A DNA stretch of 64,000 nt from Promethearchaeota archaeon (GCA_016839555.1 JAEOUA010000002.1:1-64000); one strand, 5' to 3'; counted from the first letter of the stretch, positions 19,572 through 29,832 are shown. Translations and numbers: made by a program. The notes: generated by a model not told the origin, from the sequence alone.

Positions 19572-20399
19572 TTAGGATATCAAATTGGTAGAATATTGCT
19601 CAACTAAGTATTTTATTTTTTCTTCATCAATATATCCTTCATTTAATTCCGTACACAAATTTTCTAAGTAATTCAGAAGTTCGGTTAAACCCTCCTCTGC
19701 TTCTTCCATTTGTTTAGGATCTTTCGAGTCCTCAATGACTACTGATCCTATTAGATTTTTGGATCGCTTAAAAATAATGGTAAACCCTTCCATTTTAAGC
19801 TGTGTCAATTCTGTATTGAAAGATTCTTTACAGAATTGCAGAATCGCAAAAAAAAGACCCCCTTTTAACACATCACCAGAAGATGTAGAGGATAATGGAA
19901 CTCCCCCCTTATCGAAAATCGTGAGAGCTTTTAGTTTATCTTTTCTTAGTTCTTTAAATAACGCAGACAACTCGATAGAAATACCTTCAATTTTTAGGTC
20001 TTTCTCCTCGTTAAGACTTTCGTATATTTCGTTTTGATAATTTTGTAATATCTCTTCAGTAAGTAAATCATTTTCCTTTAGGGAATAGATAAGGTTTTCT
20101 ATTATTGGTTGGTATATTTCAGAATCAATAAATTTTTCAATGAGGATGGAAAATGAAAATAAATCATGGCGATGCTCTGATTTTTCCAGACTAAAAATAT
20201 AGGATAAGAGTGTATTTTTTTTATATTTTGTTTTTATTATCGCGTTTTCTTTACTTCCAATTGGTAAACACAAAGAAAGCAATTCATTCGATGAGTCTTC
20301 CGATTCTAGCAGTGGTGGAAATGCTGTTAATATTTCGGGATTTGAATCAATATCTCCACCTAATTTACTTATTATTGATTTATATAAACATATCGTCAT
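19572..20399 (-). CDS. uDENN-like domain fused to a C-terminal longin-like domain (eukaryotic signature protein candidate)
   Basis: N-terminal PEILTAFP...LLSLCLPIG; C-terminal LTIFDKGGVPL...GLFFAILQFCKESF..ELTQLKMEGFTIIF. Confidence 0.6.
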   Translation of the reverse strand: MTICLYKSIISKLGGDIDSNPEILTAFPPLLESEDSSNELLSLCLPIGSKENAIIKTKYKKNTLLSYIFSLEKSEHRHDLFSFSILIEKFIDSEIYQPIIENLIYSLKENDLLTEEILQNYQNEIYESLNEEKDLKIEGISIELSALFKELRKDKLKALTIFDKGGVPLSSTSSGDVLKGGLFFAILQFCKESFNTELTQLKMEGFTIIFKRSKNLIGSVVIEDSKDPKQMEEAEEGLTELLNYLENLCTELNEGYIDEEKIKYLVEQYSTNLIS

Positions 20400-20542
20400 A
20401 TCGAAATTAGTAACATTATAATATTATAATTAGACTTAGAATAATAACATAAGAACTGATTTAAAAATATTAAAATTTTGATTTTGTTATATCCCACTAA
20501 CACGAAACGCTTCTCATAATTATAAGCTAAATAAATTCTGAT

Positions 20543-21811
20543 TCAAAATTTCATTAAGGCTTTTAAAAATTTAGGACTAAGTGTTAATTTAGATAAAGTA
20601 GGTAATTTCTTAAATAACTGTTCCCCAGCCCATTTATCTCTGCTAGTATCATATTTCTCTATAGGCATTCGATAAGCTTCCCATATTTGTTTTCTTAAAG
20701 TTCTGTTCTCTTTTATCAGTTTAATATATGTTTCCCAGATAGTTTTAATAATTGCTGAGTTTTCGTCGTAGAACAAGTATTCACATGCTGCCCCATTTTT
20801 ATAATAATTATCCAAAATAGTTCTTCTAAGACCTTGGTCATATGATCTTAATTCTGTATCGTTAAATGTACTTTCATTCTCAAATAGCGGTTTTAGGTTA
20901 TTGGCAGCTATTTCTGCAGAAACTAATCCCGAAAGAAGCCCTTCATAAAAAAATGCTGTAACTAATCCTGCCGCTTCGCCCAATATAAGGATACGATCTT
21001 TTGAGAACTTACTTATGGGATGTTTTGATATTTTACCGGTAATAAACGAAGATTTATCCCAGGTTAAATTTTTAAGATATGATTGAATATACGGATAATT
21101 TTGTAGAATTCGATCTAATTTATCTACTATTTGGGCTTCTGTTTCCTTTTTTTGGCCCAAAAAACCGGTAAGCACCCTTTCTTTCCCAACATTAAAAAAG
21201 AAAGGACCGTCCTTACTGATATTAGGATTAATATGAAACATATAATCAAAATCGAAATTTTCTTTAATCTGATCTTCTGTACCATAAAGATGAGTATAAA
21301 TTCCTAGATAAGAATCGGGGATCTCGAATCCTAAAGATTGTTGGAGCTCGAAAGCTCGAGAACCAGTTGCGAGCACTAATACCTTTGCAGAATAGGTCTC
21401 ATTCTTATTAGTTGAGACCTCTATTTTGTTAGGTGTTTTCGAAACTCTGGTTACCTTTTCATTAAAATGGATAATACCTCCATTCTCTTCATAAATCCTT
21501 AGTAATTCTTTTATTAAACGATCTGTATAGACAATTTTACCTAAAGGGTCTCCAAAATCTTTGGAATTTATATATCCCTTATCATTTTTATCGAAATATA
21601 GAGTTTTAATATGATCGCAAGGAAAAAGCTCTCGATTTTCAATATTAATTTCATTCTCATTTAAAAAAAGGCGATTATGTTCGGGAAACACATTTGTTCG
21701 AACATTAATCTTATCGTCTGCCTCAATTAATAGGACTTTTGCATGTTTTGAGATTTTTTGCGCAAAACTTGAACCCGATATTCCCGCACCAATAATTATA
21801 ACATCAAACAT
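20543..21811 (-). CDS. FAD-dependent oxidoreductase, geranylgeranyl reductase-like
   Basis: FDVIIIGAGISG, LVLATG, ILGEAAGLVTAFFYEGL. Confidence 0.82.
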   Translation of the reverse strand: MFDVIIIGAGISGSSFAQKISKHAKVLLIEADDKINVRTNVFPEHNRLFLNENEINIENRELFPCDHIKTLYFDKNDKGYINSKDFGDPLGKIVYTDRLIKELLRIYEENGGIIHFNEKVTRVSKTPNKIEVSTNKNETYSAKVLVLATGSRAFELQQSLGFEIPDSYLGIYTHLYGTEDQIKENFDFDYMFHINPNISKDGPFFFNVGKERVLTGFLGQKKETEAQIVDKLDRILQNYPYIQSYLKNLTWDKSSFITGKISKHPISKFSKDRILILGEAAGLVTAFFYEGLLSGLVSAEIAANNLKPLFENESTFNDTELRSYDQGLRRTILDNYYKNGAACEYLFYDENSAIIKTIWETYIKLIKENRTLRKQIWEAYRMPIEKYDTSRDKWAGEQLFKKLPTLSKLTLSPKFLKALMKF

Positions 21812-21915
21812 TAATAGATACTAATCGATTTTTATTGATCTTTAATTCAATATGAACTTAAACTTACAAATTAAAAACAACATTAAAATATTATTCCTTA
21901 AAATAATGCTAACTT

Positions 21916-22911
21916 TTATTTATGTGATTCTTTTTGGTTTCTTTTAAATGTGGTAATGGGTCTCGTTTGGAGTATAAATAATTCATCATCCTTAATGGCC
22001 CATTCAATATCCTGTGGACAATTATAGAGTTGTTCAATACTCTTTCCCACTTCACATATGTTTTTAATATACTTTTTATTAAGGCAGCAGCTTTTTTGCA
22101 ATTTTCGGCTGGTATTAATTAGTTTAGTAGTCGAATGGGTATAATCAGGTACTGCTTTCTTTTCCTTTTTACCAATTATCGTCTTTATACTATTATAAGT
22201 ATGTTTATTTATAATTAAAGTATCGGGGATTACACAATTATTAGCCAAAGCCTCTCCAAGCCCCCATGTTGAATTTATTAACATTTCTTCAGTGTTATTA
22301 TTTAGCACATTTACGGTAAATAACACTCCAGAAATATCAGAGTTAATCATTTGCTGAATTATCACTGCCATACAGATTTCATTTAATTTAGTTTTTTTAT
22401 GCAATTTATTCATCTGAGAAAGATATAATAGGGCTCTAGGATTAAAAAGAGAACTCCAGCATGCCTTTACAGAGGACATAATATCACGTAAACTTTTCCT
22501 AAATAAATATGTATCTGCTTGGCCAGCAAAAGAAAAAGTATCCCCATCCTCAATATTAGCTGAAGATCTTACAGCAAATCTTAGCTCATCAGGTACTTTT
22601 TGATGAAAACTTTCATATGTAATTTTAATCTCATCTTTAATATCAATCGGGATTTGTGAATCAAGGATATGTTTTTTAATTTTTTTGGAAATAGTAAGGA
22701 TATTTTGAGGCTTTAAGCTCGTATTAAATAATGTATCTAATTCTTTAAGATATTTGGAAGATTTTATAAAGTCCTTATATGCTTCCGTTGAAATTATAAA
22801 TCCATCTGGAATATTGTATTTATTTTGGGCTAATTTAACTAAATTCGAACCTTTTCCTCCTAATAAATCAATATTAAAACTCCAATCCGAAAATAACTTT
22901 ACATATTTCAT
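21916..22911 (-). CDS. Stand-alone PEP synthase/PPDK N-terminal nucleotide-binding (ATP-grasp) domain
   Basis: GGKGSNL, AVRSSANIED..SFAGQ, MAVIIQQM..SGVLFT, WGLGE, QDIEWA, ILQTRPIT; the protein ends after this domain. Confidence 0.92.
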   Translation of the reverse strand: MKYVKLFSDWSFNIDLLGGKGSNLVKLAQNKYNIPDGFIISTEAYKDFIKSSKYLKELDTLFNTSLKPQNILTISKKIKKHILDSQIPIDIKDEIKITYESFHQKVPDELRFAVRSSANIEDGDTFSFAGQADTYLFRKSLRDIMSSVKACWSSLFNPRALLYLSQMNKLHKKTKLNEICMAVIIQQMINSDISGVLFTVNVLNNNTEEMLINSTWGLGEALANNCVIPDTLIINKHTYNSIKTIIGKKEKKAVPDYTHSTTKLINTSRKLQKSCCLNKKYIKNICEVGKSIEQLYNCPQDIEWAIKDDELFILQTRPITTFKRNQKESHK

Positions 22912-22957
22912 AATTGATGTAATTTAAGTTGTAATTAGATAACTAATCTCTATTAAA

Positions 22958-23314
22958 TCAATCAAGCTGATATAATATTCCTTGATCGTTATCTTCAGTT
23001 ATGATTTTTACTTGTTTTCCATCATAGTGAGTTAGATCTTTATTCTTAAGTTTAATTGCCATAATACAAGGAATATCAAATTCTCGTGAAACAATGGCCA
23101 GATGAGATCCCGCCCCTCCCGTTGTGCAAATTATTCCTGCTAAATCTGACATAATTGGACCTAAGGTTGTCGTGCCCGCGTCTTCAACTAAACAAATCTT
23201 TCCTTGAGCCTTATCGAAAAGAGAGATAACATCTTGAACGGATTTAATATACATTAATTCTCCAATAGTTTCTTTTTCTGAAGAACAAGATAATCCTTTT
23301 CCAATCTCTTTCAA
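22958..23314 (-). CDS. Stand-alone PEP-utilising phosphohistidine swivel (mobile) domain
   Basis: GIICTTGGAGSHLAIVSREFDIPC carries the phosphocarrier His; 118 aa. Confidence 0.88.
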   Translation of the reverse strand: MKEIGKGLSCSSEKETIGELMYIKSVQDVISLFDKAQGKICLVEDAGTTTLGPIMSDLAGIICTTGGAGSHLAIVSREFDIPCIMAIKLKNKDLTHYDGKQVKIITEDNDQGILYQLD

Positions 23315-23426
23315 ATAATCCCCTTTGCTTAATCAATTAATCCTAAAGTGCTTAATAAAGACCCTTCCATACGGTTTAAGAAAATTATCATAATAAACTT
23401 TTATTATAATAAAAATTTAATTAATC

Positions 23427-24593
23427 TTGTTTATGGATATTAAAGAAGCTAATAAATTAATATATCACGTTTCAGAAACTTTAGATGAACAAATTAATAA
23501 GAGAGGGCTTTTAGAATCCCAGCTCTTTCCAGTAACAGCATATATCTGTGTGTCTTTTTATAATGCTTATGATATGTTATACGATATTTTAAAAAAAATT
23601 TCAGAAAAGACCACACCAGAACAAATGGGAAAAGAAAGTAGGAAAATTCTTTCTGAACTTCATGCCTTAAGTATCATCTATATTCCTTTATATTATATGG
23701 AAGGAAGAATGGGTGAGATCAATAGAAATGGGGGAGTTCCCAGTGCGGAGCCTAAAAAGAAAAGAGAAGAGACATTATTTGTGCTTGATTTTTGGAAAAG
23801 ATTGGCATCTTCCTATTTTCCAGATAATAAACTATTTGTCAGTGATTTAAATTGGGAAAATCCCGCGCTCAATCAAGAAGATATCGATTGGACTTTAGAT
23901 AAAATTCAAAAAGTTAACGAGGATGAAACAAAAAGCATTAAGCAAACGATGGCGAATCTAGAAGTGATAGCGTTCCTAGACGAATGTGAAGCAAGAGCGA
24001 AATTATGCGATCATGGTCCATATCGAATAAATGAGGAAGAAATATTAGTATTTCGGGAAATAATGCATTTGTACGATGGAGGAAAACCTCATTTCCCTTG
24101 GTCTGAAACCAAAGCTAAAGCACCCCATTCAAATATTGCATTTGCTTTTACCTTAAAAGATGTGGAGGCTAAATTTGATAATTTTGCATCAATGGAAACC
24201 ACACCAAAAACATTCACTGATAGAATCACAGGAGTCGCATTACTAATGCGCGATGGGGACCAGGTAAAGCCTCTTGATTTAGATATTTTAGAAAAATATA
24301 ATAATTATGCAAAAAATGCCCAAAAAGAATTATATATCAAATTTTCTCAATGGGATAGGAAACAGAAACTAATAGCTGGAGCTTATGCCTATTGTTATGG
24401 CTATGCTCGATATACTAATTTTGTTGGAATAACTGATCAAATAGATTGGAATTTGACTGAAAGAACCATGAATAAGTATATCCCTATATTTATGGAAACT
24501 GATTTTGATCCAGGTATCTCGAGGCATTTTAGAACAAAGCGACAGAAGGAAAAAGGAGGGCCATCCTTATTTTTATTAGCAGATGATGAGTAA
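23427..24593 (+). CDS. Uncharacterised protein; candidate substrate-binding subunit of a split dikinase
   Basis: 388-aa soluble ORF divergent from the swivel-domain gene; LLESQLFPVTAY and ECEARAKLCDHGPY motifs. Function is inferred from context only. Confidence 0.7.
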   Translation: MFMDIKEANKLIYHVSETLDEQINKRGLLESQLFPVTAYICVSFYNAYDMLYDILKKISEKTTPEQMGKESRKILSELHALSIIYIPLYYMEGRMGEINRNGGVPSAEPKKKREETLFVLDFWKRLASSYFPDNKLFVSDLNWENPALNQEDIDWTLDKIQKVNEDETKSIKQTMANLEVIAFLDECEARAKLCDHGPYRINEEEILVFREIMHLYDGGKPHFPWSETKAKAPHSNIAFAFTLKDVEAKFDNFASMETTPKTFTDRITGVALLMRDGDQVKPLDLDILEKYNNYAKNAQKELYIKFSQWDRKQKLIAGAYAYCYGYARYTNFVGITDQIDWNLTERTMNKYIPIFMETDFDPGISRHFRTKRQKEKGGPSLFLLADDE

Positions 24594-25516
24594 TGCCAAA
24601 AAAAATTAATTCTAAGAGATATAACGAAGAAGATGATTTTCTTCATGAACCTGATGAGAGAGAAAAATGGAGAGAATCATACTATTTTAATTGGGTAGAT
24701 TTAGATAATGAGATCTCAGGATTTACTACTTTAGGGATCTTACCTAATATAGGGAAACGGGAGCTCGTCTTTATTCTTTTTTTCAAAAATAAGAGAATGG
24801 TCTATTATAAAGAACCGCAATTAGAAAAATATAATTATGAGGTTCATCCTAATTCAGTGTTAAGAGATAAGAATCTATGCTATAATATGATAAAACCAAT
24901 GGAAGAATGGAAAATCATTTATCCTTCCCGAAAATATAAGTTTCAAATTTCTTTTAAAAATCGATTTTCACCCTACTATTTTGGAAAAGACTCGTCTGCA
25001 TCATGGCATCGGCATTTTGAGTGTTCTGGATATGTGGACGGAATCTTAACTTTACGAAATGGTAAAAAACTTGAGATAAAGGGATTTGGACAACGAGATA
25101 AAAGCTGGGGATATCGAGATTGGCATCAATTCGATCGGTGGTATGCCGGACATTTTCAATATAAAAAATGGTCCTGTGGATTTAGAAAAGATTACCAAAA
25201 TAATAAAATGCAGTTATCTGGGTATATAGGAAATGAAGAGGGCAACAGACCATTAAAGGAAATAGAAATTAAAGTAAAAAATGATACCGATGCTTTCAAG
25301 AGTCCTCTTACTACACTTTATAAAATAAGCGATGAAAATAATAATCAATATCAAATACAAGCCACACGTATTAATAAGAATTCATTTATGCGCTTTTCTC
25401 GAGAATTTGAGAAGGGTTCTACTGAATTATTTGAACAAATGGTAGTAATGAAGGATTTAGACACTGGTGAAAGGGGCACTGGTATGTCAGAAGAATTAAG
25501 AACCTATTGGGCATAA
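24593..25516 (+). CDS. Tocopherol cyclase/AttH-like beta-sheet protein (DUF7064/DUF7065-like)
   Basis: WRESYYFNW, HFECSGYVDG.L, GFGQRDKSWGYRDW, GTGMSE; start overlaps the upstream stop (TAATG). Confidence 0.7.
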   Translation: MPKKINSKRYNEEDDFLHEPDEREKWRESYYFNWVDLDNEISGFTTLGILPNIGKRELVFILFFKNKRMVYYKEPQLEKYNYEVHPNSVLRDKNLCYNMIKPMEEWKIIYPSRKYKFQISFKNRFSPYYFGKDSSASWHRHFECSGYVDGILTLRNGKKLEIKGFGQRDKSWGYRDWHQFDRWYAGHFQYKKWSCGFRKDYQNNKMQLSGYIGNEEGNRPLKEIEIKVKNDTDAFKSPLTTLYKISDENNNQYQIQATRINKNSFMRFSREFEKGSTELFEQMVVMKDLDTGERGTGMSEELRTYWA

Positions 25517-25558
25517 TAATATGAATCTAAATTTTCTGATAAATAGAGAGGGACAGGA

Positions 25559-26308
25559 TTAAATAGAACGAATTTTTCGAGCAACAGTATTCAATGTTAA
25601 TTCAGCCATTCCTAATGGCACACTTTTTTCAAATAAAAGAACTATTAAAAAGTCACTCTTTTTTTTAGGAATTTTTACCATCTTAGAAAAAACTTTTTGC
25701 CCATTGCTCAAACTATAATAAGACTCAGGAAATTCAATAACTCCCGTCATAAATCTGATTTCCAACTCTTTAAGAGATCGAACTAAAATATCATCAGGAA
25801 GAGAAGTATAAATGATATTTCCATCAGTAGATAATGCTGCTGCTCCGACAATCTCATTCTGAAACATATATTCCTTAAATAATTTGATTATTTTTGTATA
25901 GAACTCCTTTTTTTTAATAATTTCTTCTTGTCCAGATAAAATCGAGATGACTTGATTATCAAATTCCGGATTGTCTAATTCTTGATAATCTTTTAAATCC
26001 TTCAGATCTAAAAACATATCTTTAAAAGTATCAGAAATTTTTTCTAATCGAGTTTTTAAAAATAAAAGACTAACTTTTTGATCGGAAAGAAGGGTAAAGA
26101 TGTAATTTCCCACAATTTTAAAAGTAAACCGTAGATTACTCATCTCCAATACTTCTATCTTGCCTGAGATTACTTGTTCTGCAAAACTAAAAATGGCCGA
26201 AAAAAATGGAGTGAGAAAATTTATTTCATAATCAATTAATTGCGAGAAATTTCTATGATAAATACAGGCCCCAGATAAATTTAAAATGAAGAAACTATGT
26301 ACTTCCAT
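25559..26308 (-). CDS. Longin domain fused to a roadblock/profilin-like domain (eukaryotic signature protein)
   Basis: FFILNLSGACIYHRNF...FFSAIFSFAEQV...IEVLEMSNLRFTF (longin); IVGAAALSTDGNIIYTSLP (roadblock-like). Confidence 0.72.
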   Translation of the reverse strand: MEVHSFFILNLSGACIYHRNFSQLIDYEINFLTPFFSAIFSFAEQVISGKIEVLEMSNLRFTFKIVGNYIFTLLSDQKVSLLFLKTRLEKISDTFKDMFLDLKDLKDYQELDNPEFDNQVISILSGQEEIIKKKEFYTKIIKLFKEYMFQNEIVGAAALSTDGNIIYTSLPDDILVRSLKELEIRFMTGVIEFPESYYSLSNGQKVFSKMVKIPKKKSDFLIVLLFEKSVPLGMAELTLNTVARKIRSI

Positions 26309-26664
26309 ATTACCTTTAATCCTTTTAAGAATAAATAATACTATTCAATTTAAAACTATAACTAACATAAACTATTAATCTATTGAAATAATAAATAACT
26401 AAAACTTTTTAGTTTTTTGATTTAAATTATAAAAGTTTTTTATTTTTTAATCAAAAAAGATCCTAAATTTTATCTTAAGATTTCTGGTAAATAAATTTTT
26501 CTTTGCTAATTTTGAAAAAATTTTCTGATTAAAGTTAAAATTTTAATAAAGAATCAACTTAATTTTAATTTAGTAAAATTTGTAATAATGTTTTGATCTT
26601 AAAACTGCAAATTTTATGTAATTGTGATTAAAACAAATCAAAGAATAATATTATATTTGATATT

Positions 26665-28362
26665 ATGAAAGATTATTCGGATTGGACTCCCTTTTTAGAT
26701 TATGAAAATGAATCCCCTTTTTTGGAAAGCTATGAACGTCCTTGGTTACAATTTCGCCCCCCATATATTCCGAAATCAATTAAATACGATTTAATTCCAC
26801 TTCATGAATTTATCAAAACAACCGCAACTAAAATTCCAAATAATGTATGTGTCTATCACAAACCTATTGATAAAAAATATACTTATAGAGAATTTATGTA
26901 TATTTCTGATAAGGTCGCTAATGCTTTATCTCAAATAGGTATAGGAAAAGGTCATGCTGTAGGCATTTTAATGCCAAACTGCCCTGAATTTTTATTTTGC
27001 TGTATGGGAATTTTGGAAGCGGGAGCAGCGGTCACACCAATCAATCCTCTCTTGAAAGAGGCAGATGTGGAGCATATTATTCGAGAAGCTGGAATTATAA
27101 ATACCATTTTTGTGCATAAAAGCAACTATAGAACAATGAAAAAGGTCGAGAAAAAAGTGGAGATAAAAAATATTATCTTAATTGGATCGGATCAAGGAAA
27201 GGATCATGCGATTACTTTTGAGGAATTTATTGAAGATGTTTCGCCCTCTCCACCAGAAATCGATATTGACCCCATGGAAGATCTTGCCGCCTTACTATTT
27301 ACTGGAGGAACAACAGGGCTTCCCAAAGGTGTCATGTTAACCCACAATAATATTGTGGCGGATGCTCTTCTTACTCTTGAAACAAACAGGGATAGTGAAG
27401 AACCTCTCGAAGATAATATCGGAAATACTGTCAACTTGAGCATTTTACCGCTCTGCCACACGTTTGGATTTGAAATCATGGTTACTGCATTATTTGGAGG
27501 GGCTATGCTTGTTATGTTTGCATCTTTTAACCCTTCCGAAATTTTGGAAGCTTTGGAATATTATGAAGTGTCTATATTTGTAGGTGTTCCAGTAATGTAT
27601 CAAATGTTAATCCATTCACCTGATTTTACTGAAAGAAATCTGTCGAAGATAGAACAAGCAAGTTCTGGTTCCGCAGCATTAGCACCAGAACTCGCTAGAA
27701 AATGGGAAAAAGTTGTGGGCACTAAAGTTGGTCAAGGATTCGGCTTAACTGAATCATCACCCATTACCCATATACCTGTTCCCTGGATGCCAGAAATTAA
27801 ATCGGAAAGCATCGGTATTCCAATAATAGATACAGACGCAAAAATCGTAAAACCTGAAACTCTGGAAGACCTTCCACAGGGTGAAATAGGTGAACTTTTA
27901 ATAAAGGGCCCTCAAGTAATGAAGGGATATTGGAAAAAACCAAAACTAACAGAAAAAACCATTGTTGATGGATGGCTGAAAACCGGGGATCTCGCAAGGA
28001 TGGACGAACAAGGATATTTTTACATAGAAGGCCGCACTAAGGATATAATCAAGTATAAAGGCTATAAAGTAATGCCTAGAGAGGTTGAGGAAAAGCTCTA
28101 CGAACATCCAGCTATATTAGAAGCGGGTGTAGTGTCAGCACCCGATCCCAATATCGGCGAAACCATCAAAGCGTATATTGTATTGAAATCTGAATATAGA
28201 GATGGCAAAATCAAGGAGCGAGATATTATTGAATGGTGTAAAGAACGATTAGCGGGGTATAAATATCCAAGAAAAGTTGAGTTTCTCAATATATTACCCC
28301 GCACGATGGTAGGCAAAATTTTTAGAAGAAAATTAAGGGAAATGGCTTTCAAAAAACAATAA
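26665..28362 (+). CDS. Long-chain fatty acid-CoA ligase (AMP-binding)
   Basis: FTGGTTGLPKGVMLTH, GFGLTE, KTGDL, GRTKDII, LPRTMVGKI. Confidence 0.93.
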   Translation: MKDYSDWTPFLDYENESPFLESYERPWLQFRPPYIPKSIKYDLIPLHEFIKTTATKIPNNVCVYHKPIDKKYTYREFMYISDKVANALSQIGIGKGHAVGILMPNCPEFLFCCMGILEAGAAVTPINPLLKEADVEHIIREAGIINTIFVHKSNYRTMKKVEKKVEIKNIILIGSDQGKDHAITFEEFIEDVSPSPPEIDIDPMEDLAALLFTGGTTGLPKGVMLTHNNIVADALLTLETNRDSEEPLEDNIGNTVNLSILPLCHTFGFEIMVTALFGGAMLVMFASFNPSEILEALEYYEVSIFVGVPVMYQMLIHSPDFTERNLSKIEQASSGSAALAPELARKWEKVVGTKVGQGFGLTESSPITHIPVPWMPEIKSESIGIPIIDTDAKIVKPETLEDLPQGEIGELLIKGPQVMKGYWKKPKLTEKTIVDGWLKTGDLARMDEQGYFYIEGRTKDIIKYKGYKVMPREVEEKLYEHPAILEAGVVSAPDPNIGETIKAYIVLKSEYRDGKIKERDIIEWCKERLAGYKYPRKVEFLNILPRTMVGKIFRRKLREMAFKKQ

Positions 28363-28410
28363 AAAGCATTTATATTTCAATAAATCTGAAAAATAAAACA
28401 GCATACCACA

Positions 28411-29832
28411 TTAATTTAATTCTGGTATTATATCGGTTTTTATTTCTATAGTTCTGAGTGACACCACACTTATAAGATAAAAAAGCCCCATTGATACTAA
28501 AGAAAGTATTATAATCATTGGATTCTCTTGATTAGGACCGATAAGTAAAATTCCCATTAAAATAGACCCTAAAGCTTTGCCTAAAGAGACTATAAAGTTT
28601 AAAGAACCATAATATGCACCTGATATTTTTGAGACCTCTTCTTCTGGATTAATCTTATCTATCAGAAATGCGGCATTATAGACTAAAATGGCTCCCATGG
28701 GTACTGAAAATAAAGGAAAGGCATATAATGAACCGAGAACAGTTCCAATTGCTATAATAAAAAGGAGAATCTTTAAGAAGTACGATTCAAAATTGAATAA
28801 GAATATTAAAATTAAAAATGAAGAAATAATCCCAGAAGCAATACATAAAGAAAATTTCTGTTTTAAATCTTTGTTTTGAAAAAAATACTTCCATAAAAAA
28901 TACCATGTGAATTTAGTAATAGTAGAAAGCAGAACATAAATAAAAAATTCTCTTTCTCTGAATTCTAGAACGAATGTAAGGAAAGGGATAATTGCTATAC
29001 CTAATATATTTGAGGAGGTACTATTGAAGAAACTTACTGAAAGATATTTACGATATTTTTTATCTCTTAAAGGAGCTAAAATTTGCTTAAAGGCCCTTTT
29101 AATAGATAAATTATTCCTCCTTTGGAAGCTATATTGATTATAAAATGACTCATCAACAGAAAAATAAACTGAAAAAACTGTTAAAGCACCTAAAATTATG
29201 GAGGAAATACCAATTATTGGCATCCAAAATAGAAATATTTTTCCAGAAGGTTGCCACCATTTTACATTTTCTGGATCAACTAAATTTTGTATGATAAGAG
29301 GCAAAAGTAATGCAATTACAGAGGCAATAATTAAAAAAATTCCTTGCATTGTAGCAATAGACTCTTGAGTCTTTTTAGATCGAAATTGTTCTGGAAACAT
29401 CGCAAGATACGCGGTGTAGATTAATGTATCTGAAAGAGCATTGAGAATCATAATCGTCCAGAAATAAATAGCAGTAGGTAAGAAAAAAGAATTATCTTGT
29501 GGACAATAAAAGGGCGGCATCCAAATTAATATATTTGATATAATCCAAATTGGTAATCCAATCAATAAAAATGGTCTTCTCCTTCCCCATTTCCCGGGTC
29601 TTTTCCTGTCATTTATTACCCCCCATAAAATTGAAAACAGAGCACTAATAATTAGATTTAAACTTATTCCAATGGAGACAAAAATTGAATTCAAATTGAT
29701 AGTATACACGTAAAATTGAAAAATAAAAGTGGCAATCAAGATTCTTATCAATGATACGCCAAAGTTACCAAGAGCATATCCAATTTTGTTTTTTTCCCGC
29801 TTTACTTGATTGCTCACTTCTTCTGTAGTCAT
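28411..29832 (-). CDS. MFS transporter, GPH family
   Basis: KWGRRRPF, AMFPEQF, SGAYYG; about 12 TM. Confidence 0.88.
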   Translation of the reverse strand: MTTEEVSNQVKREKNKIGYALGNFGVSLIRILIATFIFQFYVYTINLNSIFVSIGISLNLIISALFSILWGVINDRKRPGKWGRRRPFLLIGLPIWIISNILIWMPPFYCPQDNSFFLPTAIYFWTIMILNALSDTLIYTAYLAMFPEQFRSKKTQESIATMQGIFLIIASVIALLLPLIIQNLVDPENVKWWQPSGKIFLFWMPIIGISSIILGALTVFSVYFSVDESFYNQYSFQRRNNLSIKRAFKQILAPLRDKKYRKYLSVSFFNSTSSNILGIAIIPFLTFVLEFREREFFIYVLLSTITKFTWYFLWKYFFQNKDLKQKFSLCIASGIISSFLILIFLFNFESYFLKILLFIIAIGTVLGSLYAFPLFSVPMGAILVYNAAFLIDKINPEEEVSKISGAYYGSLNFIVSLGKALGSILMGILLIGPNQENPMIIILSLVSMGLFYLISVVSLRTIEIKTDIIPELN

